Part shown: piece by piece, positions 34,721 through 43,328 of the stretch | Layout: each line of letters begins with the position of its first letter | Position numbering within the stretch: position 1 is the first letter of the stretch | Source of the DNA: an uncultured Gammaproteobacteria bacterium | Lineage (GTDB): Bacteria > Patescibacteriota > Patescibacteriia > Patescibacteriales > Patescibacteriaceae | Direction: 5' to 3' | Assembly (NCBI GenBank): GCA_964438845.1 | Contig: CAYTLN010000002.1 | Location: forward strand, 4,668-68,667 | DNA: 64,000 nt | Program-made: the position numbers and the translations under genes | The notes under the pieces: generated by a model | Database searches by the model: none | Seen by the model: the letters and a program-made list of their open reading frames with translations, nothing else | Told to the model about the DNA's origin: nothing

Positions 34721-34725
34721 TATAT

Positions 34726-36579
34726 ATGAATTCTTCTGAAATCCGACAAAAATACCTAGATTTTTTCAAAGCCCGGGAACATGCCGTTATCCCGAGCGCA
34801 TCACTGCTGCCGGAAAACGATTCGACGCTTCTCTTCGTCAATTCGGGGATGTTTCCCCTCGTGCCGTACCTGCTCGGAGCGAAGCACCCGGCCGGCACGC
34901 GGCTGACCGACAGCCAGAAATCGTTCCGGACCGAGGATATCGAAGAAGTCGGCGATAACCGCCATAATACGTTCTTCGAGATGCTCGGCAACTGGTCGCT
35001 TGAGTCAAGCTATTGGAAATCCGAGCAGCTTAATTGGTGGTACGAATTCTTGATCGATGAATTGGAGCTTGATCCGAAGCGCCTCTATCAGAGCGTCTAT
35101 GTCGGCTCTGAAGGCGGGCAGATTCCGAAAGATACGGACTCGGTCGAGATCATGCTGCAGATTTTCGCTAAATACAATATCGATGCCGATGAAGCCCCGG
35201 ACATGCCCGAAGGAGCGCCGTCCGAGGAGTTGAATCTCGGCGTCGAGAAATACCGCATCTTCGCGTATCGCGCGAAGAACTGGTGGCAGCGCGGCGACGC
35301 CGTCGGCGAACTCGGCGGTCCGGATTCGGAGACGTTTTACGATACGTTGAAGCCGCATGATACCTCCTTCGGTCCGTTCTGCCATCCGAACTGCGATTGC
35401 GGCCGCTTCATCGAGATCGGCAACTCCGTCTTCATGCAGTATCAGAAGACCGAGAACGGCTGGCAGGAACTTGCGAGCAAGTCGGTCGATTTCGGCGGGG
35501 GATTGGAGCGCATGACGATGGCCGCGCAGGAACAGAATAATATTTTCAAGACGGACTTGTTCAGCGATGCCATCGAGAAGATCGAAGAGATCTCCGGAAA
35601 AAAATATGACGATGACATGAAACCCTTCGAAATCATCGCCGACCATATTAAGGCCGCGACGTTCATCATGGGCGATGACAAAGGAGTGGGACCGTCAAAT
35701 ACCGACCAAGGCTATATCGTCCGCCGCTTGATCCGCCGCGCGATCCGTTTCGGCCGCACGCTCGGCATCAGCGAGGAGCAATGGACGAGCCGTATTGCTG
35801 AAATCTATATCAGCCAGTACGAGGACGTATATCCTGAGTTGAGGAAACGCCAGGATTTCATCCTTGATGAATTGAAAAAAGAAGAAACGAAGTTTGAAGC
35901 TACGCTTGAAAGAGGGGAGAAGGAGTTTGAAAAGCTGTCGGGAACGATCAGCGGCGAGCAGGCTTTCAACCTGTATCAGACATACGGCTTCCCCATCGAA
36001 ATGACGGTCGAGTTGGCACGTGAGAAAGGGATGGATGTCGATGAGGCAGGGTTCCAAGTTGAGCTTCTTAAGCACCAGGACCTGTCCCGTACCGCTTCGG
36101 CTGGAAAATTCAAAGGCGGGTTGGCTGACCATAGCGTCGAAACCACCCGTCTCCATACCGCGACGCATTTGCTTTTGGCCGCGTTGAAGAAAGTTCTCGG
36201 CGATCATGTCTATCAGAAGGGGAGCAATATTACCGGGGAACGCCTGCGTCTCGACTTTCCGAATGACGAGAAAATGACTCCGGAACAGATCGCGGAGGTG
36301 GAACGGCTCGTCAACGGCGCGATCGATGCGCGTCTACCCGTGCGCTTTGAAGAGATGCCGCTTGAAAAAGCCCGTGAAATCGGCGCTACCGGCGTCTTTG
36401 ATTCTAAATACGAGCAGAACGTCAAGGTTTATTTCGTCGGCAATGAGGGCGAGTATTTCAGCAAGGAAATCTGCGGCGGCCCGCATGTGGAAAGTACCGG
36501 GGAACTCGGACATTTCCGGATAGCCAAAGAAGAAAGCTCGTCGGCGGGCATCCGGCGGATTAAGGCGGTGCTGGAATAA
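34726..36579 (+). CDS. alaS: alanine--tRNA ligase, short form without the C-Ala domain
   Basis: 617 aa. FFKAREHAVIPSASLLP and FEMLGNWS. Editing-site HTATHLL and CGGPHV. Ends right after the editing core. Confidence 0.88.
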   Translation: MNSSEIRQKYLDFFKAREHAVIPSASLLPENDSTLLFVNSGMFPLVPYLLGAKHPAGTRLTDSQKSFRTEDIEEVGDNRHNTFFEMLGNWSLESSYWKSEQLNWWYEFLIDELELDPKRLYQSVYVGSEGGQIPKDTDSVEIMLQIFAKYNIDADEAPDMPEGAPSEELNLGVEKYRIFAYRAKNWWQRGDAVGELGGPDSETFYDTLKPHDTSFGPFCHPNCDCGRFIEIGNSVFMQYQKTENGWQELASKSVDFGGGLERMTMAAQEQNNIFKTDLFSDAIEKIEEISGKKYDDDMKPFEIIADHIKAATFIMGDDKGVGPSNTDQGYIVRRLIRRAIRFGRTLGISEEQWTSRIAEIYISQYEDVYPELRKRQDFILDELKKEETKFEATLERGEKEFEKLSGTISGEQAFNLYQTYGFPIEMTVELAREKGMDVDEAGFQVELLKHQDLSRTASAGKFKGGLADHSVETTRLHTATHLLLAALKKVLGDHVYQKGSNITGERLRLDFPNDEKMTPEQIAEVERLVNGAIDARLPVRFEEMPLEKAREIGATGVFDSKYEQNVKVYFVGNEGEYFSKEICGGPHVESTGELGHFRIAKEESSSAGIRRIKAVLE

Positions 36580-36629
36580 GTGCTAATATTAGCGTAGTAT
36601 ATTGACTTATCAGGTTCCGCTCTAACCCC

Positions 36630-36658
36630 TTGACACCAAAAGATTTTGCCTCTATAAT
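36630..36658 (+). promoter_or_regulatory. consensus sigma70 promoter of the infA/ribosomal protein operon
   Basis: TTGACA (36630-36635), 17-nt spacer, TATAAT (36653-36658). Confidence 0.7.
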
Positions 36659-36751
36659 AGCTGTACACGTAAAAATATTGAGGCTTTTCACAATATTTTT
36701 GTCTTACCAAAACTTTGGTAAATCGTTTTACCAAATTTTTTGTTGTTTTGA

Positions 36752-36979
36752 ATGACCGACACAAGCAATTCAAAGGACTTTATCGAAATGGAGGGGGAAG
36801 TGCTCGAGCTCATGCCCGCGGCGTCCTTCAAAGTCCGTCTTGATAACGGCCACGAAATCCTGGCCCATCTTTCAGGAAAGATGAGGATGTTCCGCATCCG
36901 CATCGCTCCCGGCGACCGAGTCAAGCTCGAGATGAGCCCGTACGATTTAACCAAAGGCCGGATAACCTACCGACTGTAA
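36752..36979 (+). CDS. infA: translation initiation factor IF-1
   Basis: 75 aa. S1-like [46 protein letters not shown]. Confidence 0.95.
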   Translation: MTDTSNSKDFIEMEGEVLELMPAASFKVRLDNGHEILAHLSGKMRMFRIRIAPGDRVKLEMSPYDLTKGRITYRL

Positions 36980-37013
36980 TCACATCCCCGAACCAGGGGA
37001 TTTTAGAACTACC

Positions 37014-37127
37014 ATGAAAGTCAGAGCTTCCGTGAAAAAAATCTGCAAGGACTGCAAGACGATCCGCCGCAAAGGCCGGGTTATGGTTATCTGCAAGACT
37101 CCGAAGCATAAGCAGCGCCAAGGTTAA
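37014..37127 (+). CDS. rpmJ: 50S ribosomal protein L36
   Basis: 37 aa, [37 protein letters not shown]. Below the ORF-track size cut-off; translated by hand. Confidence 0.93.
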   Translation: MKVRASVKKICKDCKTIRRKGRVMVICKTPKHKQRQG

Positions 37128-37151
37128 GCGCTTTATTAATTGTATTCCCGT

Positions 37152-37544
37152 ATGGCTGTAAGAATCGCCGGTGTTACCATTCCTAACGAAAAGCGCGTAG
37201 AAATCGCGTTGACGTATATTTTTGGAATCGGACGCACGACGTCGAACAAGATCCTGGCTTCGGCAAAGATCGATCCGAATACCCGCGTCAAGGATTTGAA
37301 AGAAGATGATGCCAACCGTCTCCGTGTCTTGATCGAAAAGGACATGCGTGTCGAAGGCGACCTCCGCCGCGACATCGGCGCGAACATCAAGCGCATGAAG
37401 GACATCGCTTCCTATCGCGGTTCCCGCCATGCCAAGCATCTTCCGGCGCGCGGCCAGCGGACCAAGACTAATAACCGCACCGTCCGGGGCAATGTTCGAC
37501 GCACGGCTTCATCCGGTAAGAAACCGTCTGCTCAAAAGACCTAA
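37152..37544 (+). CDS. rpsM: 30S ribosomal protein S13
   Basis: Start taken at [27 protein letters not shown]. The track TTG at 37140 is less likely. Confidence 0.93.
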   Translation: MAVRIAGVTIPNEKRVEIALTYIFGIGRTTSNKILASAKIDPNTRVKDLKEDDANRLRVLIEKDMRVEGDLRRDIGANIKRMKDIASYRGSRHAKHLPARGQRTKTNNRTVRGNVRRTASSGKKPSAQKT

Positions 37545-37550
37545 TATCCT

Positions 37551-38102
37551 ATGACTGAAGAAAAGAAGACAACCGAAGAGATCGAACCGGTCGCTGCCGA
37601 AATAACGGCTGACGATAGCGTTGAAGCTGTCGAACAGAAGTCGGAGGCTGCTCAGCTCGAAGAACTCCCGGAGGAAATCAAGAAGAAACTCGAAAAGCAG
37701 AAGGCTAATCGCCAGGCGCTCAAGGGTAAGAAAAAGAAGAAAGGCCCGGCCGTCCGTGTCACTTCCGGCAAAGCCTTTATCAATTCGACGTACAACAATA
37801 CGATCGTTACCTTGACCGATAATGTCGGCAACGTCATTTCCTGGTCCAATGCCGGCCTCGCCGGTTTCAAGGGCCCGAAGAAATCGACTCCGTATGCCGC
37901 TCAGATCATCACCCGTATCGCCGTTGAGAAAGCTAAGGAATTCGGGCTCGCTGAAGTCAAGGTTTTTGTCAAAGGCGTCGGCACCGGCCGCGAATCCGCG
38001 GTCCGCGCGCTCAATGCCAACGGTTTGAACGTTACCTATATCAAGGACATCACCCCGTTGCCGCATAACGGCTGCCGCAGCCGCAAGCCGCGCCGCGTTT
38101 AA
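37551..38102 (+). CDS. rpsK: 30S ribosomal protein S11 with an N-terminal charged extension of about 50 aa
   Basis: The core [36 protein letters not shown]...[10 protein letters not shown] follows an acidic/lysine-rich leader. Confidence 0.92.
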   Translation: MTEEKKTTEEIEPVAAEITADDSVEAVEQKSEAAQLEELPEEIKKKLEKQKANRQALKGKKKKKGPAVRVTSGKAFINSTYNNTIVTLTDNVGNVISWSNAGLAGFKGPKKSTPYAAQIITRIAVEKAKEFGLAEVKVFVKGVGTGRESAVRALNANGLNVTYIKDITPLPHNGCRSRKPRRV

Positions 38103-38122
38103 GTTTTCATAATCCTACGAAC

Positions 38123-38638
38123 ATGCCCGGAATGAACATGCAATCCAAGCGCCCGAAGAAGCAGAGCACCTACGGCCTGCAACTTCAGGAAAAGCAGAAG
38201 ACCAAAAAGATGTACGGCCTTCGCGAAAAGCAATTCGTCTTGACCTTCCAGAAGGCCAAGAAGAAAGGCGATGCCGGCGAGAATCTTCTGCGGATGCTTG
38301 AAATGCGCCTCGACAACGTCGTCTACCGCTTCGGACTTGCTTTGACCCGCGCCCAGGCCCGCCAGATGGTCGGACATGCGCTTTTCGAGGTTAACGGTAA
38401 GAAAGTCGATATCCCTTCCTATCAGGTTTCACCGAACGATATCGTTGCCGTCCGGAAGTCGAAGAAGCAGAAGAAGATTTTCGCCAACCTCGAAGAACAG
38501 ATGAAAAAGGCGATCGTCCCGGGCTGGCTCAACTTCGATGGCAAGGAATTGTCGGGCAAGGTACTGCATGAACCGAAGAAGGAAGATCTCGACCAGTCGA
38601 TCGCCAGCCAGCTCATCGTTGAATTCTACTCACGCTAA
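38123..38638 (+). CDS. rpsD: 30S ribosomal protein S4 (short N-terminus)
   Basis: 171 aa. YGLQLQEKQK, RLDNVVYRFGLALTRAQARQMVGH (S4 domain) and a C-terminal LIVEFYSR. The start could be any of three nearby ATGs. Confidence 0.88.
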   Translation: MPGMNMQSKRPKKQSTYGLQLQEKQKTKKMYGLREKQFVLTFQKAKKKGDAGENLLRMLEMRLDNVVYRFGLALTRAQARQMVGHALFEVNGKKVDIPSYQVSPNDIVAVRKSKKQKKIFANLEEQMKKAIVPGWLNFDGKELSGKVLHEPKKEDLDQSIASQLIVEFYSR

Positions 38639-38677
38639 CATAAAAAGCCCCTCTTTACGGGCGCGCATCTTTCGCAT

Positions 38678-39502
38678 ATGCAAACAATCGCTTTGCCAAA
38701 AAAACTTTCCTTCGAGGAATCGGGTGAACCGAACCGCGTCAAGGCTATCCTTGAGCCATTGGCTCCGGGCTATGGCACTACGGTCGGAAACGCCTTGCGC
38801 CGCGTCCTGCTGGCTTCGTTGCCGGGAGTGGCTGTCATCGGAGCTAAGATCGAAGGCGCCAGCCATGAATTCATGGCCTTGCCGAACGTCAAGGAAGACG
38901 TTCTCCAGATCCTCCTCAATTTGAAAAAAGTCCGCTTCAAGCTCGATGAAGGCCTTGATGAGGCCCGCCTCGAACTGAAAGCGTACGGCGAAAAGAGCGC
39001 GACCGCCGGCGATATCGTCAAGCAGGCAGGCGTCGAAGTCGTCAACCCGGAATTGGTCATCGCTGATCTGACCGACATGGGCGGCAAGCTCAATATGGAA
39101 ATCTTCATCCGCCGCGGCCTCGGCTACGAAACGATTGAAAACCGCGAAGATAAGAAGGGCGAGCTCGGTTACATCGACATCGATTCGATCTTCTCACCGG
39201 TCCTGGCCGTCGGCCTCGACGTCGAGAACGTCCGCGTCGGTAAGATGGTCAACTGGGAAAAGCTTATCCTCGACATCCAGACTGACGGCACGATTTCCGT
39301 CGAAGACGCGTTCAAGCGCGCGACCGAGATCCTGCTCGAACAGTTCAATGCTGTCCGTTCCCTGGGCGATGGCACCGTTGCCGTAGCTGAAGAGACGACC
39401 GAGGCTGTCGAAACGCCGGAAGCTGCCGAACCTGAAGCCGCTGACGCTGAAGAAAGCGAAGAAGAAGGCGACGGCAAGAAAGCCAAGTCCAAGAAGAAAT
39501 AA
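38678..39502 (+). CDS. rpoA: DNA-directed RNA polymerase alpha subunit, NTD only, with an acidic tail
   Basis: 274 aa. GYGTTVGNALRRVLLASLPG, VKEDVLQILLNLK and ILLEQFNAV. The C-terminal roughly 40 aa are low-complexity E/A-rich. Confidence 0.9.
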   Translation: MQTIALPKKLSFEESGEPNRVKAILEPLAPGYGTTVGNALRRVLLASLPGVAVIGAKIEGASHEFMALPNVKEDVLQILLNLKKVRFKLDEGLDEARLELKAYGEKSATAGDIVKQAGVEVVNPELVIADLTDMGGKLNMEIFIRRGLGYETIENREDKKGELGYIDIDSIFSPVLAVGLDVENVRVGKMVNWEKLILDIQTDGTISVEDAFKRATEILLEQFNAVRSLGDGTVAVAEETTEAVETPEAAEPEAADAEESEEEGDGKKAKSKKK

Positions 39503-39527
39503 ATCACCCCTCACTTGAAACTGTTGT

Positions 39528-39878
39528 ATGCGCCACCGCAATACCGGAAAAATCCTTGATCGAGCTAAAGCACCACGCGAAATGATGCTGCGGAACCTCG
39601 CGGCCAGCGTTATGCTGTACGAAAAGGTAAAGACGACTGAGGCGAAAGCCAAGACTGTCCGTTCGCTTGTCGAACGTTTGATTACCGTTTCCAAAGCAGG
39701 CAACCTGACTGCCCGCCGCACCCTCATCAGCACCCTGCCGCAGCCGCTTGCCGTCAAGAAAGCGATGGATGTCCTCGGGGCGCGGTACAAGGACCGCAAC
39801 GGCGGTTACACCCGTATTATTAAACTGGGAACCCGGGCTGGCGACGGCGCTGCGATGGTCCAGATTGAATTGGTATAA
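39528..39878 (+). CDS. rplQ: 50S ribosomal protein L17
   Basis: 116 aa. MRHRNTGKILDRAKAPREMMLRNLA...GYTRIIKLGTRAGDGA. Confidence 0.94.
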   Translation: MRHRNTGKILDRAKAPREMMLRNLAASVMLYEKVKTTEAKAKTVRSLVERLITVSKAGNLTARRTLISTLPQPLAVKKAMDVLGARYKDRNGGYTRIIKLGTRAGDGAAMVQIELV

Positions 39879-39882
39879 CTAT

Positions 39883-40245
39883 ATGCCAGCCAAACCGATA
39901 CTTAGAAACCGCCACTCTATCGACGCTACCGGCCTCACTATGGGCCGCTTGGCGACTCGTGTCGCTACGCTTCTGCGCGGCAAGCACAAGCCTGGCTATG
40001 AACCGCATCGTGATGAAGGCGATATCGTTGAAATTTACAACGTCGCCAAGATGAAGTTCACCGGCAAGAAGATGGAGCAGAAAAATTATTATAGTTTCTC
40101 CGGCTATCCGGGCGGATTGAAGACGAAGAAGATGAAGGATGTCTTTGCCGCTAACCCGGGCGAAGTCCTGTCCCGCGCGGTAAAGCAGATGCTTCCGCCG
40201 ACCCGCCTGCGCGACGGCATGATGAAGCGCCTGAACATCAAGTAA
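39883..40245 (+). CDS. rplM: 50S ribosomal protein L13
   Basis: Start at MPAKPILRNRHSIDATGLTMGRLAT, 4 nt after the rplQ stop. The track start at 39748 overlaps rplQ. Confidence 0.9.
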   Translation: MPAKPILRNRHSIDATGLTMGRLATRVATLLRGKHKPGYEPHRDEGDIVEIYNVAKMKFTGKKMEQKNYYSFSGYPGGLKTKKMKDVFAANPGEVLSRAVKQMLPPTRLRDGMMKRLNIK

Positions 40246-40249
40246 TCCT

Positions 40250-40696
40250 ATGACTGAAGCAAAAGCCAAAACCGTGAAGAAGCCAGCCGCTGCCTCGACA
40301 TCAAGCCGTCGCTACACCGAGACCATGGGCAAGCGCAAGACTGCTGCCGCCCGCGTCCGCATCTTTGAAGGCGGCAAAGGCGACATTACCGTCAATGGCG
40401 TTTCCTTGGCCGAGTATTTCCCGGCCCCGACAGACCAGATGGTCATCCTCGAACCGTTGAAGACTACCGCTCTTGAAGGAACGTATGATTTCACGATCAA
40501 GGTCAATGGAGGCGGCAAACAGGGACAAGCCACGGCGGTCCGCCACGGCATCGCCTGCGCCTTGCTCTCGTTGAACAAGGACCTGCGCGGCGTCTTGAAG
40601 GCCGAAGGCTGGCTCACCCGCGATGCGCGCCGCAAGGAACGCAAGAAGCCGGGTTTGCGCAAAGCCCGCCGCGCCCCGCAGTGGAGCAAGCGTTAA
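40250..40696 (+). CDS. rpsI: 30S ribosomal protein S9
   Basis: 148 aa. GGGKQGQATAVRHGIACAL...RRKERKKPGLRKARRAPQWSKR. Confidence 0.94.
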   Translation: MTEAKAKTVKKPAAASTSSRRYTETMGKRKTAAARVRIFEGGKGDITVNGVSLAEYFPAPTDQMVILEPLKTTALEGTYDFTIKVNGGGKQGQATAVRHGIACALLSLNKDLRGVLKAEGWLTRDARRKERKKPGLRKARRAPQWSKR

Positions 40697-40721
40697 TTCC
40701 ATATCCTCGACAATCCTGTCT

Positions 40722-40748
40722 CTCCCGGAGGCGGGGTTGTTTATTTTC
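40722..40748 (+). terminator. weak intrinsic terminator
   Basis: CCCG (40724-40727) pairs with CGGG (40732-40735) around a GAGG loop, followed by TTGTTTATTTT. Confidence 0.35.
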
Positions 40749-40799
40749 TGGGAATTTTCCGCGCAAAATGGTATGATGTCGAAGACATAGAACATCGTT

Positions 40800-42254
40800 A
40801 TGGCTGAAAAGATCACTAATATTGCCAGAAATACCTCCTATTTCACCCTGGCGCTCATAGTGCAGAAAGTCATCTCGCTCGCGTATTTCACGATTTATGC
40901 GCGCGAACTCGGACCGGCCGATCTCGGCCAGTTTTATTTTGCCATTTCAGTCACGTCGATCTTCGGCATCTTCATCGATTTCGGCATGAGCACCGTCCTG
41001 ACCCGGGAAATCGCCAAAGAGCCGGGAAGGGCGAAGGCGCTGTTGTCCAACGCTCTCGCGATCAAATTCCCGCTTACGATCGCGACCGTCTTGGCGCTTA
41101 TCGTCTGGAGCGCTCTCTGGGATTACAATCCGCTGACCCAGCAACTCATCTACATTTCCGGCGCGGCGATGATCCTCGATTATTTCACGAACGTCTTTTA
41201 CGCGACCTCCCGCGGTTTCCATAACCTGAAATACGAAAGCATCGCCTCGGTGATATTCCAATGCATCGTCTTCGGTTTCAGCATGCTTGTCCTCTCGCTC
41301 GGATGGGGAATCCAGTGGCTCATGGTCTCCTTGCTGCTGGCGAGCGCCTTCAACTGCACGTATGCAGCCATCGTCGTGCGTAAGCGATGGAAGGTCGATT
41401 TCCGACCGCGTTGGGACAGCGCGATTGTCCGTCATCTTTTCCTCATAGCGGCTCCGTTCGCATTCTACGCGATCTTCCAGCGTATCTATACGTACTTCGA
41501 TTCTGTCCTGCTGTTCAAGCTGGCGGGGGACAGCGCCGTCGGCTTATATCAGATCCCGTTCAAGATCATGGTCGCCCTCCAATTCCTGCCGATGGCGTTC
41601 GTCGCGTCGCTCTATCCGGCGTTGAGTTCATATTGGCATAATAATCGCGAACAACTGATGGTAACGTTCGAACGGGCGTTCAAGTACACCCTCATCATTG
41701 CGGCCCCGATAGCCTTCGGCGTGATCGCGCTGGCCGAAAAGCTTATCGTCGTCTTCAAGTCGCAGTATACCGAGGCGGCGCTGCCATTGCAGATCTGCAT
41801 GCTCGCGGTGCCCTTCATGTTCCTCGGTTTTCCTGTCGGATCGCTCCTTAACGCGTGCGATCGGCAGAAACGAAACACGGTGCATATCGCCATCGTCGCG
41901 ATCGGCAGCGTCATCCTCAACCTTTTCTTGATTCCGCGGTACGGCGTTATCGGCGCTTCGATCACGAATGTCGTAACGAGCGCCTTGATGCTGTTGCTCG
42001 GCTGGATCGTCATTCCCCGCATCATGACGTATCGTCCGAGAAAATATATCATTCCCTTCATCCAGATCTGTGCCGCCGCCGCGGTCATGGGATTCGGCGT
42101 CTATTGGCTCAAGGAATCGGTCAATGTCATCATCCTTATCGGTCTCGGAGCTCTCGTATATGCGATAGCGCTATTCGCTTTCGGGGGCTTCACTAAGGCC
42201 GACGTGATTAGCGTCTATGAGTCTTTTCTGAAGAAACGAATCGTCCAATCATGA
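40800..42254 (+). CDS. polysaccharide/lipid-linked oligosaccharide flippase (MOP/Wzx family)
   Basis: 484 aa with about 14 TM segments. TGG-TATGAT extended -10 at 40769-40777. Confidence 0.78.
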   Translation: MAEKITNIARNTSYFTLALIVQKVISLAYFTIYARELGPADLGQFYFAISVTSIFGIFIDFGMSTVLTREIAKEPGRAKALLSNALAIKFPLTIATVLALIVWSALWDYNPLTQQLIYISGAAMILDYFTNVFYATSRGFHNLKYESIASVIFQCIVFGFSMLVLSLGWGIQWLMVSLLLASAFNCTYAAIVVRKRWKVDFRPRWDSAIVRHLFLIAAPFAFYAIFQRIYTYFDSVLLFKLAGDSAVGLYQIPFKIMVALQFLPMAFVASLYPALSSYWHNNREQLMVTFERAFKYTLIIAAPIAFGVIALAEKLIVVFKSQYTEAALPLQICMLAVPFMFLGFPVGSLLNACDRQKRNTVHIAIVAIGSVILNLFLIPRYGVIGASITNVVTSALMLLLGWIVIPRIMTYRPRKYIIPFIQICAAAAVMGFGVYWLKESVNVIILIGLGALVYAIALFAFGGFTKADVISVYESFLKKRIVQS

Positions 42255-43318
42255 AGACACTATTTGCCGCTATTGAAATGCCGCCTGCCTTCGGCGGCGT
42301 TGAACGTTATTACGCCAACCTTGTCCGCCATTGGCCGGGCGAGTTATCCGTGATTGACAATGGCAGTCGCGGTCTTGTGAATCCGTCGCTGCCTTTTCTC
42401 AAATGGTTGCCCTCGCTTTTTTCGATCGGTTCGATGATCCGTGAATCAAAGCCGGACTGGGTAATCGCGGGCGAAGTGCTACCGATCGGTACGGCGGTTT
42501 GGATCTTGTCGCATTTTTTTACATTCAAATACGCCGTTATTCTGCACGGCCTCGACCTGTCGGCCGCAACTGCAGTACCGCATAAGCGCTGGCTCTCACG
42601 CCGTATTCTGGCTCGTGCTAGCCGTATCATCTGCGCCAATAGCCACACAGGAGCTCTTGCGCAGGCTTTTTCTCCCTCTTCGTCTATCCACGTGGTTAAT
42701 CCGGGAGTAGAAGCGCCGACCCTTGTCCCTGCGGATTCGACTGCCCGTCTGAAGTTCAACTATAACCTTGAGAACAGGTTCGTTCTGGTAACCGTTTCCC
42801 GACTTGTCCCGCGGAAGGGGATCGATAGGGTACTTGAGGCGCTGGCCTTGCTTGGACCGAAAGTCCCCGTGACATATGCGATTATCGGTAACGGGCCGGA
42901 ACGAGAAGCCCTTGACGCGAAGATTGAATCACTCGGACTCGATGACCGCGTGATCATCCTTTCTGATGCCGATGATGAGAAGAAGCACGTCTGGCTTGAG
43001 GCCGCCGACGCGTTCATCATGACTGCACGTGACATTGCAGGGGATTACGAAGGGTTCGGCATCGTTTATCTTGAAGCGAACCAGCACGGCAAGCCGGTAA
43101 TTGCCGGCATGAGCGGCGGCGTCGGCGATGCCGTGGAAGACGGAGTGAACGGCTTGCGCGTCAATGAATCCGATCCGGCTGCGATAGCTGACGCAATCCG
43201 TCGCCTGATCGATGATCCTGAATTGAAGAGGCGCTTAGGCGAGCAAGGAAAGGAACGCGCCGAACAATTCACTTGGCAGCGCCAGATCAAGATGATACAT
43301 ACTTTATTGCTTTCATAA
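42251..43318 (+). CDS. glycosyltransferase family 4
   Basis: 355 aa. YEGFGIVYLEANQHGKPVIAGMSGG. ATGA overlap with the flippase gene. Confidence 0.85.
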   Translation: MKTLFAAIEMPPAFGGVERYYANLVRHWPGELSVIDNGSRGLVNPSLPFLKWLPSLFSIGSMIRESKPDWVIAGEVLPIGTAVWILSHFFTFKYAVILHGLDLSAATAVPHKRWLSRRILARASRIICANSHTGALAQAFSPSSSIHVVNPGVEAPTLVPADSTARLKFNYNLENRFVLVTVSRLVPRKGIDRVLEALALLGPKVPVTYAIIGNGPEREALDAKIESLGLDDRVIILSDADDEKKHVWLEAADAFIMTARDIAGDYEGFGIVYLEANQHGKPVIAGMSGGVGDAVEDGVNGLRVNESDPAAIADAIRRLIDDPELKRRLGEQGKERAEQFTWQRQIKMIHTLLLS

Positions 43319-43328
43319 CACAAGCCAT

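Noticed and set aside
34416-34725. T-box leader regulating alaS.
   Set aside because: The closest match to the T-box sequence GGGUGGUACCGCG is GCUGUGUACCGGAA, which lacks the UGGN bulge. No AG-bulge or distal-loop motifs are present, and the last hairpin is not followed by a U-run. A plausible alaS promoter lies only 8 nt from the ATG.
34454-34739. ORFs inside the structured locus: 34454..34720 (-) 88 aa, and 34530..34739 (+) 69 aa, which is Cys-rich.
   Set aside because: Neither has a usable SD or sensible start context. The first would include its own promoter. The second runs into alaS out of frame. Their composition (Arg/Gly/Cys-rich) is typical of GC-rich helices read as codons.
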